Below are positions 47,259 through 56,459 of a stretch of DNA of 64,000 bases, in pieces. The notes under the pieces are model-generated. The model ran no database searches and was not told the DNA's origin. It saw nothing but the letters and a program-made list of their open reading frames with translations. This DNA comes from a virus (lineage: Duplodnaviria; Caudoviricetes). The position numbers were made by a program, and so were the translations under genes. Position 1 is the first letter of the stretch. Each line of letters begins with the position of its first letter. The stretch spans positions 1,537 to 65,536 of the IMG/VR virus record IMGVR_UViG_3300022602_000004. One strand, written 5' to 3'.

Positions 47259-49813
47259 TATTTAGCTTTCTCCTTTGGTTTAGTCTCAGTTTGTTTCGTA
47301 GCTAATTCTTTTTGCGCTTCTGTTTGCATTTTTGCAACGTCCTTAAGATGTTGATTTTGCTCACGTTGTTTGCCTACATCAATAGCCAATTTTGCACCTT
47401 CAAGCGTATGGTCGGCTATCTCTTTGCGCTTAGCAAGTGATGCTTGGATTGCCATCTTAGCTCCTTCAGTTTCTTGTTGGGCGGCAATCCGTTTTGCTTC
47501 AAGTTGAATCTGCTGCATCTTAAGCTGGAAGTCATCTTGGTCTTTCTTAGACTTGCGTTGCTGTTCAGCCATCTTGATCTGCAGTTCTTGTTGTTGCAGT
47601 TGGATGATTGGGTCTTGAGCTTGTTGTTGCGCTTGTTGCTGTTGAGCTTGTTGTTGGTTTTGCATTAACAGTTTTTGTGCAGCTTGTGCCATCAACGGAG
47701 ATAACTGAGCTTCCATTTCTGGAGTCATATTAAGATCCTGCTCGCCTTCCATATGAGTATCGTGCTGTGCTGGTAAAGGCATGCCCATTTGCTGACTAAT
47801 CTGATTGCGGTACTCAAACCCGATATGCTCATTAACGTGAGACATCATAGCCTGCATTAACTGCTGAGCCATTGGATTGTTAGCTAAAAGAGCTTGAATC
47901 TTAGGGTCTTGTATAGCAGCCATATGCACTTGAATGTGGGCTGGATGGTTTTGGTGAGCAAACGCCTTGACAGGCTTCATCATTAATACGTTTTGATTTT
48001 CCGTTACAGGATCCTGTGGCTTCATATCTTCTGGTAGTGGTACCAGCTTCTGATAGTTTTTGATTCCCAACACGTCCAACATTTGACGGTGTAATACTGG
48101 TAAGTCATATAGCTGCGGGGCAGTTTGAGCCAGTTGTAAAGCAGCCTGATACTGTACTACTTTTTGCGCCATAGTAGCCGCATTGGGATCGGAGACAGGT
48201 ATTACAAACACCATGTCATAGTCTGATTGCTTAGCCATACGAGAGCCTTCGGTTGGCTCATAGTCATATTCTTCTGGCGTGTAATCTCTAATAATATCTT
48301 TAAGCAGCTGGAACTCTTGCTTCATTGCATAGTGAATACGCGCTTGGATTGCGCTCATCGACTTCAATGTTCTTTCTAGAATTGCCAGTGTTGTTCCAAC
48401 GGGAGCGTTTGCGCTCATGTCAGATGCTTGAATCTCCGCAGAACCTGCAAACTTGCGGCCTTCTTCTACGATAGTTCCTAATAAACTGTAAAGGACTTGA
48501 CTTGGTTCTTTGTAGGGGAGAGGTAAGAGATTATCACGCATGGTGCCAGCTGGCACATCGACATCTCTCCATTCACCAGGGGCGATAGGGGTGTCATCTC
48601 CTTTAACTCGCATACCACGGGTCTTAAACCCGCCGGGCAAATTCGATAATGTACCTGCGTCGACAAGTTGACGAATAAGGCTAGTACCAGACTTAGCAAA
48701 AGCGCCGATAAGATGTATAAGGCCAAAGGCGTAGAAACCAAAGCCCGGAATGTACGGATAATGTACGAAATGCTGTCTCTTATGATGTTGTTCATCTTCT
48801 GGTCTCCAGTTGCGACGGATAGCAAGAATAGTATTAGTACCCTTTTCAATCGTCACGATGTATGGCAACGCTATGCCAGTTGGTTCGCCGTCTTCATCAG
48901 TATGCTCAAACCCTTGAAGGTCTAGCTCTACGTGCATTTCTAACAGCTTAAAACGATCATCGGTTGTAGCTTTAAAGCCAAGCTTTTCCGCAATTTTCTT
49001 TTCAATTTCATCCATTACTTGGGTTGGTTCGCCCAAGTCTACGTCTCGGTAAAAACCTTCATGCTGCAAACGACGTACTTCATTCTCAGTCTTACGCATC
49101 ACATGTGTAACACGCTCAGCTGACTCTAAGCTAGAAGCTCCATAAGGGACAACTACATCTTCTGCAGGGACGTACATAGATACTTGACGCTGTAAGCTTG
49201 GGTCAAAGTACACTTTCTTAAACGCGTTACCTGCAAGTCCTAAGCCCCATAACATACGCTCATGCTCAGGTCTGTATTCTTTCATCACATCTGTAATCTG
49301 GTAGTTCATGTCCTGCTGCACACGGTCTGCGGCATCTTTTTTCTCAGGAGTTTCTTTACCAATGATTTGTGTTTTAACTGGGCCTGCTGCTGGAAACGTT
49401 TCCATCATGGTCTCAGCTTGGAACTTAACTACTGCCTCAGACAAGAGTGGGTGGTATACACCGCAAGCGCCTTCCCAAGGTTCAGCACGTTCTTCAATCT
49501 TTAAGCCAAGTAACTCAAGACCATCAACATAAGTTTGAATCCAGTCTTTTCTTGACGATACATCATTATCAAAATCACCAGTCAATTCACTAGCTAATGT
49601 AGCAAGTACTTGCTCATCTAATACTTCAGCAAGGTTATCGTCAAACCCTTCTGGCTCTTCGTCTTTTTCCGTGCGCATGATGGGCTGTCCATCAATGCCA
49701 ATCTCTACAGCTTCGGGATCTTCAATAGATATTTCTAGCTCAGGCTGATCGCCCTCTTCGTCAAGTTGATCTAAACCCTGTGGGGCCTGGTACATTGCTT
49801 TATCTATTGCCAT
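47258..49813 (-). CDS. Portal protein
   Basis: 851 aa directly after terL; GNAFKKVYFD, FYAFGL, Gln-rich coiled-coil barrel. Confidence 0.85.
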   Translation of the reverse strand: MAIDKAMYQAPQGLDQLDEEGDQPELEISIEDPEAVEIGIDGQPIMRTEKDEEPEGFDDNLAEVLDEQVLATLASELTGDFDNDVSSRKDWIQTYVDGLELLGLKIEERAEPWEGACGVYHPLLSEAVVKFQAETMMETFPAAGPVKTQIIGKETPEKKDAADRVQQDMNYQITDVMKEYRPEHERMLWGLGLAGNAFKKVYFDPSLQRQVSMYVPAEDVVVPYGASSLESAERVTHVMRKTENEVRRLQHEGFYRDVDLGEPTQVMDEIEKKIAEKLGFKATTDDRFKLLEMHVELDLQGFEHTDEDGEPTGIALPYIVTIEKGTNTILAIRRNWRPEDEQHHKRQHFVHYPYIPGFGFYAFGLIHLIGAFAKSGTSLIRQLVDAGTLSNLPGGFKTRGMRVKGDDTPIAPGEWRDVDVPAGTMRDNLLPLPYKEPSQVLYSLLGTIVEEGRKFAGSAEIQASDMSANAPVGTTLAILERTLKSMSAIQARIHYAMKQEFQLLKDIIRDYTPEEYDYEPTEGSRMAKQSDYDMVFVIPVSDPNAATMAQKVVQYQAALQLAQTAPQLYDLPVLHRQMLDVLGIKNYQKLVPLPEDMKPQDPVTENQNVLMMKPVKAFAHQNHPAHIQVHMAAIQDPKIQALLANNPMAQQLMQAMMSHVNEHIGFEYRNQISQQMGMPLPAQHDTHMEGEQDLNMTPEMEAQLSPLMAQAAQKLLMQNQQQAQQQQAQQQAQDPIIQLQQQELQIKMAEQQRKSKKDQDDFQLKMQQIQLEAKRIAAQQETEGAKMAIQASLAKRKEIADHTLEGAKLAIDVGKQREQNQHLKDVAKMQTEAQKELATKQTETKPKEKAK

Positions 49814-49822
49814 AATTTATCC

Positions 49823-51343
49823 TTAATAATAGGCTGCTTTTTTGCGATATTTGTAAAGTATATCGTCATCAGGTTCGTCACTTGGCAGACGAATAAATCC
49901 GCCCTGCCTGAATCTTAACAGAGCTAGCGTAGTTGAGTCTACTAAGTCATCATTTAGACCACTAGGAAAGTCATTACATTCCTCAATTACATCCTTCGCC
50001 CAGCGGTGCGATGGCGCCCAGACGACCCCTCCCGAGAACAGATCGCTAATAGCATTAACTCGAGAGATTTTGTCTTGACCTTTGCCAGGTGTGAACTCCT
50101 GCGCTGGTATACCCATACGTCTGAACTCTTGATAGAGTGCCGCCCCATTGGACTTCTTTTCAACCATAAACGCATCCGGTTGCCATTCTTTATATTCTTC
50201 GAGACAAAGTTTCTTAAGTTCCGGAAACTCCAGCCGCTTTTTGATCGCATTAAGTAGGATGATGTTGTAATTGTTGACCTCTTCGTTAAAGAAGACGCCC
50301 CACGTTGTGAGCGCATTAAAGTCCGCACGGTTGTTTGCCTCCTGAGCCGCGTCTAGCGACATGATAATAAATTCACACTGCGGTGGCTGTTCCTTGTCCC
50401 AGATGTTCCACCACTCCCTTTTAATTAAAGCGCCTTCTTCAGATACTGGATTTTGCATATACTGAGCATTCCAATACCTAATGTCAAGCGCCGCTTTCTT
50501 AGCTAACAACTCCTCTACGGGCCAGAACTCAGGCCAAAGGCTTTCGCCATCATCTTTAATAGCAGGAAACTCAATAACTTCCCAAGGGTCAACCTCGTCG
50601 TTATTCTCTAGCTGTTTTATGATCTGTCCGGTTAAGTCAAGTTTAGACCACCGCGTCATCACAACAATGATCGCACCACCCGGCATAAGGCGCTGAAGAG
50701 GCCCAGACTGGAACCACTCCCAAGCAGGAAGAAAAACGTCTGGTCGTCCTGTTTTGGCGTCTTGCTCAGAATGTGGATCGTCAATAATGAACAAATCAGC
50801 GCCCCTACCAGCGAGAGCACCTCCAACACCAATAGCAAAGTATTCACCATTAAAATTTGTTCCCCAACGCGAAGCCGATTTACTGTCAGCTTGTAATTCT
50901 ACCTGCGGAAATATTGTTTTATAGTTGTCTGAACCAACAAGGTTCCTAACACGACGTCCAAAGTTAACAGCCAAATCCGCTGTGTGAGACGCCATGATGA
51001 TTTTTTTCTGAGGATACTTACCCAAGAACCAGGCAGGAGCGAGATAGGATATAAGTTCTGACTTACCATGACGCGGAGCGATATTAACAATGACTCGTTT
51101 TTTCTTACCGTTAGCAATATCTTCAAAAATTTGAGCCAGTTTAAGATGGTGCGGTCCGACTTTATAGCCCGGGTATACGTGTTTAACAAAGTCCAAAAAG
51201 GATACTTTGCCTCGTTCTTGGGTGAGAAATTCGTCATATTTTTCTAATAAATCCTTAGTTTTCCGCTTAATTTGCTCTGGAGTTTTGGGGTTTTGGACCA
51301 ATAATCGCAGCTTAAATAGCTGTTCCTGAGACAATTTATGCAT
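49823..51343 (-). CDS. terL: Terminase large subunit
   Basis: IAPRHGKSEL, FIIDD, VMTRW, SLDAA, DDLVDS. Confidence 0.93.
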   Translation of the reverse strand: MHKLSQEQLFKLRLLVQNPKTPEQIKRKTKDLLEKYDEFLTQERGKVSFLDFVKHVYPGYKVGPHHLKLAQIFEDIANGKKKRVIVNIAPRHGKSELISYLAPAWFLGKYPQKKIIMASHTADLAVNFGRRVRNLVGSDNYKTIFPQVELQADSKSASRWGTNFNGEYFAIGVGGALAGRGADLFIIDDPHSEQDAKTGRPDVFLPAWEWFQSGPLQRLMPGGAIIVVMTRWSKLDLTGQIIKQLENNDEVDPWEVIEFPAIKDDGESLWPEFWPVEELLAKKAALDIRYWNAQYMQNPVSEEGALIKREWWNIWDKEQPPQCEFIIMSLDAAQEANNRADFNALTTWGVFFNEEVNNYNIILLNAIKKRLEFPELKKLCLEEYKEWQPDAFMVEKKSNGAALYQEFRRMGIPAQEFTPGKGQDKISRVNAISDLFSGGVVWAPSHRWAKDVIEECNDFPSGLNDDLVDSTTLALLRFRQGGFIRLPSDEPDDDILYKYRKKAAYY

Positions 51344-51905
51344 CTTTTTCGTCTTTTTCTGTGATGTTTTTAGCTTCTACATCAATATATTTACCCTCAA
51401 CATCATCTAAAAGGGTCAATAACTCAGCCTCAACCTCTTCCATAGACTGGATTTTGACTGTAACTTCGCTTCTTTTCTTGAACGCATCGACTCCATCAAC
51501 CTCACCAAGCACCCGCAGAGCTGCAACTTTGGTCTTTACATCCTTGGCAGCCTCTACAGAATGCACTAAGTTGTTGACTACATAGGTTTTTAGGTCGGAT
51601 AACTCATCTACGATGCTCACATTCATCTGGGCTACCATGCCAGCTAACATAGCAAGAGTCTCGTTGGGGTACTGATTAAACTCTGGGCGGAACTTGGGGT
51701 CACTTGCCATCTGCACGGCTAGCTTTTTAGCGTCGTCAACGTTACCTTTGTTGGGTGAGATGGGTTGTCCGCTTAGTTCAGACATTAAAGCCACTACGTT
51801 TGCCCGCATGTTTAACTCTTCTTGGGGCGTGAGTTCAGGAAATGCTTCGGTAGCATTCTTTGGTAGGGGGATGTTACTCTCGATTTCTGGAATATACGCG
51901 TCCAT
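51336..51905 (-). CDS. Putative terminase small subunit
   Basis: Directly upstream of terL; ALRVLGEVDGVDAF helix motif. Confidence 0.6.
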   Translation of the reverse strand: MDAYIPEIESNIPLPKNATEAFPELTPQEELNMRANVVALMSELSGQPISPNKGNVDDAKKLAVQMASDPKFRPEFNQYPNETLAMLAGMVAQMNVSIVDELSDLKTYVVNNLVHSVEAAKDVKTKVAALRVLGEVDGVDAFKKRSEVTVKIQSMEEVEAELLTLLDDVEGKYIDVEAKNITEKDEKDA

Positions 51906-51911
51906 GCGCGA

Positions 51912-51940
51912 AGTATATAAGGGTTTTAACTATGTGTAAA
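51912..51940 (-). promoter_or_regulatory. Sigma70-type promoter, leaderless, for the terminase operon
   Basis: TTTACA-N17-TATACT-N6-ATG on the minus strand, no SD. Confidence 0.65.
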
Positions 51941-52041
51941 GAGTTTCTTTACAGAAAAAGAATGGGGCGACGGCTAAAAATGCGCATCTTTAATTCTACG
52001 GAAACCCCTAAAAACACACCCTCACGTGTATGAGTAATATG

Positions 52042-52416
52042 TTACACCTTTTTCTTTTTACGCCGAACCTTTTTCTTTTCCTCTCGTTCTTCGTGATGAT
52101 GAATGCGATGGCAATTGGCGCATAGGGGTATGCACTTTTTAATTTCTTCTTTAGCTTTTTTGTAATTACCTAATTGAGCTAGGCGGTTTACTGAGTGGTA
52201 ATCTGTTCTATCTACGTGGTGAAAGTCTAGTGCTGCTGGATGAGAGAACCCACACATCGTACATTTAAATGTACTCTTAAATGCATACCACTCTTCACGC
52301 TTGTCGCGTTTTAATTTAGCCGCCCTAGCTTTTACTTCTACTTGATTAGCTAGGTAATGCTTACGGCTGTACTCCTTGTGTTTGTTTTTTCTTACGTTCG
52401 CGTCTTTGTACGGCAT
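52042..52416 (-). CDS. HNH endonuclease
   Basis: CTMCG...LDFHH...KCIPLCANCHRIHH; probable start MPYKD at 52416. Confidence 0.85.
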   Translation of the reverse strand: MPYKDANVRKNKHKEYSRKHYLANQVEVKARAAKLKRDKREEWYAFKSTFKCTMCGFSHPAALDFHHVDRTDYHSVNRLAQLGNYKKAKEEIKKCIPLCANCHRIHHHEEREEKKKVRRKKKKV

Positions 52417-52849
52417 CGGGATGAACCTTATATCTCCAGTAGATAGCGTTTTTAAAAGACCACTTGTTGGCAGGAGTATATATCTTAAATCCACAAGATA
52501 TCAAAGAGTTTGATGATGCGGGGTTATTTGTTGTATCAGTGATGAGCCAATTCCAACCTAACTTCTTAGCTTGTGCTTGTCGTACTTTGATTAATCTTTT
52601 CTGTAATCCTTTGCCTGTGTACTCATACATCACACCTGCTCTACATAAGTAACCTGTATCGTTCCAAGCAATCGACCGAACAAGACCAGCAAATCCCACG
52701 GGCTTGCCATCCTCTGTATATACGATCCACCAATGCCCACGATCTGGTTTGTAGATAGAGTCGCTCGGCAGGATTTTCTTTTGTAAGTAACATAGCATCG
52801 TAACGTTAGCAGGTTCGCGTAGATCAACTTTTCGGACAAAGAACTTCAT
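52361..52849 (-). CDS. GNAT-family acetyltransferase
   Basis: RAGVMYEYTGKGLQKRLI, NPASSNSLISCGF; RBS AGGAG. Confidence 0.85.
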   Translation of the reverse strand: MKFFVRKVDLREPANVTMLCYLQKKILPSDSIYKPDRGHWWIVYTEDGKPVGFAGLVRSIAWNDTGYLCRAGVMYEYTGKGLQKRLIKVRQAQAKKLGWNWLITDTTNNPASSNSLISCGFKIYTPANKWSFKNAIYWRYKVHPDAVQRRERKKKQTQGVQP

Positions 52850-53096
52850 AGCAACTCCTAAGAATTTTTAAATATTATCCCCCATATATGACAGTTTTGG
52901 GTCCCCTTGACGGGGGGTGTTTCTGTATAAATGTAAAGTTATGGATAGGCGCAATTTAGGTCAGGGGTGTGGCGTTTTTTATTTTTATATTCAATAAGTT
53001 AGGTCAATAATGGAGTCGTCTGAGTTTGGAAATTTAGTGGAGTTATTTGTGTAGATCAAAGGGTATAGGGCACGGATGGAACCAATCTAGGAATCA

Positions 53097-53126
53097 GGGG
53101 GGTGGGGGGTCGGGATTGGGGGCGGG
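53097..53126 (+). other. G-quadruplex-forming tract at the late/early boundary
   Basis: G6-T-G6-TC-G3-ATT-G5-C-G3. Confidence 0.7.
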
Positions 53127-53167
53127 AAACTTGACATATGCCAGCGCTTGGTATAGAACTGTAATCA
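53125..53167 (+). promoter_or_regulatory. Early promoter, class 1, copy 1
   Basis: GGAAAC-TTGACA-N17-TAGAAC-TGTAATCA followed by a 5' hairpin. Confidence 0.7.
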
Positions 53168-53203
53168 CTGACACGGTGTCAGTATTAACTAAAGGAGAAG
53201 GCA

Positions 53204-53413
53204 ATGTATAAACTATTCTATACAACCAACATGAAGCAAGTAGATACAGGAGATGTAGTTCACTTCGCTAACAGGGCTTGGACAGTAGAAGGCATAGATG
53301 AATCAGCCAAGTATCTAGAGACTAGGGTTTGGGTTCGGTCGATGGATGAACAACACCTATGCATCAGCGCATCACCTAATGACTTCGGTGCGCGATTTAT
53401 TCTAACTAAGTAA
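53204..53413 (+). CDS. Early hypothetical protein
   Basis: Own promoter and RBS AAGGAGAAG. Confidence 0.75.
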   Translation: MYKLFYTTNMKQVDTGDVVHFANRAWTVEGIDESAKYLETRVWVRSMDEQHLCISASPNDFGARFILTK

Positions 53414-53439
53414 CACTCGGTCCCTGCGAAAGCAGGGAT

Positions 53440-53461
53440 TGAAACCAGTTACTTGTTGTCG
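53440..53461 (+). repeat. 22-bp direct repeat, copy 1 (TGAAACCAGTTACTTGTTGTCG)
   Basis: Identical to 54276-54297; follows a GAAA hairpin at 53419-53440. Confidence 0.9.
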
Positions 53462-53505
53462 GGCGCGTCTATGCGAGTGCGTTATTTAGTGTGCCATTCT
53501 TGCGT

Positions 53506-53548
53506 GGAAACTTGACTAATGAGCTTGTGTCGCGTAGAACTGTAATCA
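53506..53548 (+). promoter_or_regulatory. Early promoter, class 1, copy 2
   Basis: GGAAAC-TTGACT-N17-TAGAAC-TGTAATCA. Confidence 0.7.
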
Positions 53549-53604
53549 GCCAAGCAATTCCGCTTGGTCTATGTAGTATTTCATTTTATGAAAGGTAATA
53601 CAAA

Positions 53605-54222
53605 ATGGCTAAAAACCAAAACCTAGCAGTAGATTTAATCGCCTCCCTCAAAGACGGAGCTTACAAACAAGCCTCAGCTAATGACCGCATTGTATCGGTT
53701 GCGAAGTATGTAATCGAAAAGGTCAAGGGCTTTCCTGAGGCTTTGCCTGATGAGGCTAAGGCTGAGTTAGTCGAGGGTTATCGTCTACGCTTTAATGAGA
53801 ATAACCCTGCTATTCAGTATGTCATTGTTAATGACCACTACTTGTTAGCTAGCGACTGCCCTGATGTAAAAGAGGGGTTTGTTAATATCGGGGTAGATTA
53901 TGCCTACTCATTCAGCCAACAGCAGTTTGGCAAGCTCAAGAATGAGAACCCCTACTTGTATGACATTATCAAGCCTTTGCGTGATAAGTGTTCTACCTAT
54001 TGCAGTAATCGTATCAACGACCTAAAGCGTCAAGCTCGGGCTTTGCTCAAGACTGATACTAAGGGTAATCGTGGTGCAACTCTTGATTTTGGACAACGCT
54101 TAGTCAAGGTCTTTGATGACCTCGAGGCTAAGTGCAAGGTAGCCAAAGAAAGAGGTGATACAACGGCTGATCTAGTCAAGTATCGCAAAGCAGTCGAGGC
54201 TTTTAACAAGGCTTGGGCTTAA
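53605..54222 (+). CDS. Early hypothetical protein (205 aa)
   Basis: Monocistronic: own promoter, RBS AAGG, terminator. Confidence 0.8.
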   Translation: MAKNQNLAVDLIASLKDGAYKQASANDRIVSVAKYVIEKVKGFPEALPDEAKAELVEGYRLRFNENNPAIQYVIVNDHYLLASDCPDVKEGFVNIGVDYAYSFSQQQFGKLKNENPYLYDIIKPLRDKCSTYCSNRINDLKRQARALLKTDTKGNRGATLDFGQRLVKVFDDLEAKCKVAKERGDTTADLVKYRKAVEAFNKAWA

Positions 54223-54231
54223 GTAGTATCG

Positions 54232-54263
54232 AGGGACAGGGCTTCGGCTCTGTCCCTTTTTTT
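54232..54263 (+). terminator. Intrinsic terminator
   Basis: AGGGACAGGGC-TTCG-GCTCTGTCCCT plus T-run. Confidence 0.85.
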
Positions 54264-54275
54264 GTGCCTTGAAAA

Positions 54276-54297
54276 TGAAACCAGTTACTTGTTGTCG
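54276..54297 (+). repeat. 22-bp direct repeat, copy 2
   Basis: Identical to 53440-53461. Confidence 0.9.
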
Positions 54298-54450
54298 CGT
54301 GCGTGAGTGCGTGTGTTAAATATCTCATAGCCCATGTGCCAGCGCAAGGTCATTGATTAGTGTTCCACGGGATAGTGGAATCTGCCCTGTATCATTTAGA
54401 ATTCTAAGAACTGATGCGACAATATCAGCCAACGCTAAGTTATTACAAAA

Positions 54451-54844
54451 AATTCCAAGTTTAGAATCGGGGGTTCTGAGTTCCGCAGAAAAATTCCAAG
54501 TGGTTTGGAATTTAATTTGTTTTATAAATCATGGACTTACACAGGAAATTCCAAAATTCCAAGTTTTTTAGAAATAGGCTAGGGGGTAAAGAGTTATTTT
54601 AGAAAAGTTGTGTCAGCAAGAAGTCTTTTTTCCCGATGTATTTTAGTAAAGCAGAAAACACTCGCAAGGTATTGTTACCTCAAAAAAACTTGGAATTTTG
54701 GAATTTTTCTTATTCTTCTTCTTTTTTAATTTAATAAATAATATATATAACAAGGACTTATAGCATTTTTTACCCCGAAAATTAAATTCCAAAACCATTT
54801 TTAAACTTGGAATTTTTCTTGGAATTTTTTACAAACTTGGAATT
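54451..54844. repeat. Iteron-like array (11 x AATTCCAA/TTGGAATT) with a 24-bp inverted repeat; putative replication origin
   Basis: Forward copies at 54451, 54492, 54547, 54555, 54785; reverse copies at 54505, 54690, 54698, 54807, 54819, 54837; AT-rich core. Confidence 0.75.
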
Positions 54845-54884
54845 TTTTTGGTCTACCCTCGCCTAAAAAAGTTATCCACTAAGA

Positions 54885-54913
54885 TTGTGTTAAAGGTAAA
54901 GTTATACTATAAT
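54885..54913 (+). promoter_or_regulatory. Early promoter, class 2, copy 1
   Basis: TTGTGT-N17 (contains GTAAAGTT)-TATAAT. Confidence 0.65.
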
Positions 54914-55027
54914 TATAGTGTTGGTTGGCGAGAAAATAAGACGGCAACATAGTCCCCTCACCCACCAGCATTACTTAGCGTTCCACGATGTAGTGGAATT
55001 TGATTGTAGTTTTTATCGGAGATTGGC

Positions 55028-55210
55028 ATGAATACTTATCTGATTCACTTTGATGGTAAGCAGTATGAAGTAGTTGGGAAAGATGTTTATAGCACTAAGG
55101 TGGCTTTCGTTAATAAGTTCAATATCCCAAAGCGTAAGCAGTCGTTAGTATCAATTAACCTTTGTAAGAAGGCAGACCAAGTAGTAGTTCATTCAACCGC
55201 ATCACTATAA
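55028..55210 (+). CDS. Early hypothetical protein
   Basis: RBS GGAG; first gene after the promoter. Confidence 0.65.
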   Translation: MNTYLIHFDGKQYEVVGKDVYSTKVAFVNKFNIPKRKQSLVSINLCKKADQVVVHSTASL

Positions 55211-55220
55211 GGAGTAAAAC

Positions 55221-55421
55221 ATGGGCAAACTTAAAAACCTTATTATCGAGAACGAGGAAGCGTTCAATCGCATCTTCAAAGCCAAGCAACAAATTACCGA
55301 CCCACGAGATAGTGGACTCGAACCTACTGATGAAGACTTAGCTAGATACGAAGCTGAGTTCGCAGACTGGTTGGATATGTATGAGAAGTCTTTTGGTGAC
55401 GAGAAGGGATACCTACCATGA
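55221..55421 (+). CDS. Early hypothetical protein with acidic C-terminus
   Basis: RBS AAGGAG. Confidence 0.7.
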   Translation: MGKLKNLIIENEEAFNRIFKAKQQITDPRDSGLEPTDEDLARYEAEFADWLDMYEKSFGDEKGYLP

Positions 55422-55636
55422 TTGATGAAACTTTTACCCCACAGTGTAAGCTATGCGGTGATGTATATGACTCGAAGCGCTTAGCGTTGGGCTATGCGGT
55501 GTGCTGTGAGTGTGGCGACGAGATAGCACGAAAGCTAAACACCAAGCGCACGATAGTCCCGATGAACAAGTCGAACTATCAATTAGTCACAGACATGACC
55601 ATTCTCAAACAGTTAAACCCCAAGAGGACATCATGA
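55418..55636 (+). CDS. Zn-finger protein
   Basis: CKLCG...RLALGYAVCCECG; PMNKSNY. Confidence 0.75.
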   Translation: MIDETFTPQCKLCGDVYDSKRLALGYAVCCECGDEIARKLNTKRTIVPMNKSNYQLVTDMTILKQLNPKRTS

Positions 55637-55800
55637 ATGAGCTAATGAAAAGGCGCATGGAGTTTTCCAAGCTATACCAAGAGAACCAAGCTAATCAGAA
55701 AGTGTTTGATTGGATGGTTGAAAGCCTAACTAACAATGCGCTGGCAAAAGAAACCACCAAGAAGTTGGGCGCATATAACAGGAGAGAATATCGTGGATGA
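55633..55800 (+). CDS. Early hypothetical protein
   Basis: Start MNELMK at 55633 with GAGG; ATGA overlap. Confidence 0.6.
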   Translation: MNELMKRRMEFSKLYQENQANQKVFDWMVESLTNNALAKETTKKLGAYNRREYRG

Positions 55801-55966
55801 AGCGGAAAAAAATAGCCTTTCATACAATGCTCAGATGGCATGGGATAGATATGCAAAAGAGCATGAGTCCAAGCTAGACGATCTAACCGATGATCAATTC
55901 TTCATGTTGGGCGATGCTTTTGTTGATGGATACATGCAAGCCATAGGAGATATTTATGGGATATAG
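55793..55966 (+). CDS. Early acidic hypothetical protein
   Basis: GTG start after AGGAG. Confidence 0.55.
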   Translation: MDEAEKNSLSYNAQMAWDRYAKEHESKLDDLTDDQFFMLGDAFVDGYMQAIGDIYGI

Positions 55967-56387
55967 GTCTAGTGTTGCATACACAATTAGATTCACACCC
56001 GATAGCGGTGATATGACGCAAGAGAAATTAAAAGGTGCGTTCGCAGTCTTTCTCGAAGAAGCTACGGCTAATGAAGATACTAAGCTATGTTTCACCCAAG
56101 AAGAAGCTAGAGAGTTCATAAAAGTGGACAGGGAAGGATGCGCCATCAATTTCTTTGCTAGTGATGTGAAGTGGTATGAAGACTATACCGATGTGAAGTG
56201 CCATATAGCTTTACTTGAAATGGTAGAAGATTGGTTAGCTGAAGATAACCCTCACTCAAAGTATCTAGGTTATATCTTTGTGCGTATCGGTGAAAGTCCT
56301 GACGACATTATTGAAGAATGTGGTGGTAATTACGACTGGGACTGGCTAAGTGTGTCTCGCTCGATTAACTGTGACTGGTTCAATTAA
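55956..56387 (+). CDS. Conserved phage early protein
   Basis: MGYRS.V, VKWY, FVRIGE..DD; RBS AGGAG. Confidence 0.75.
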   Translation: MGYRSSVAYTIRFTPDSGDMTQEKLKGAFAVFLEEATANEDTKLCFTQEEAREFIKVDREGCAINFFASDVKWYEDYTDVKCHIALLEMVEDWLAEDNPHSKYLGYIFVRIGESPDDIIEECGGNYDWDWLSVSRSINCDWFN

Positions 56388-56405
56388 AAATCTCATGTAT
56401 CACTC

Positions 56406-56434
56406 TTGTGTTATATGTAAAGTTGTAGTATACT
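56406..56434 (+). promoter_or_regulatory. Early promoter, class 2, copy 2
   Basis: TTGTGT-N17 (contains GTAAAGTT)-TATACT. Confidence 0.65.
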
Positions 56435-56459
56435 TATAGAATGAAGAAAGGAGAAGTAT

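Noticed and set aside
54353-54571. 72-aa ORF
   Set aside because: TTG start with no RBS, running through the repeat array.
53440-54844. CRISPR-like array
   Set aside because: Only two copies of the 22-mer, and the octamers are irregularly spaced in both orientations.
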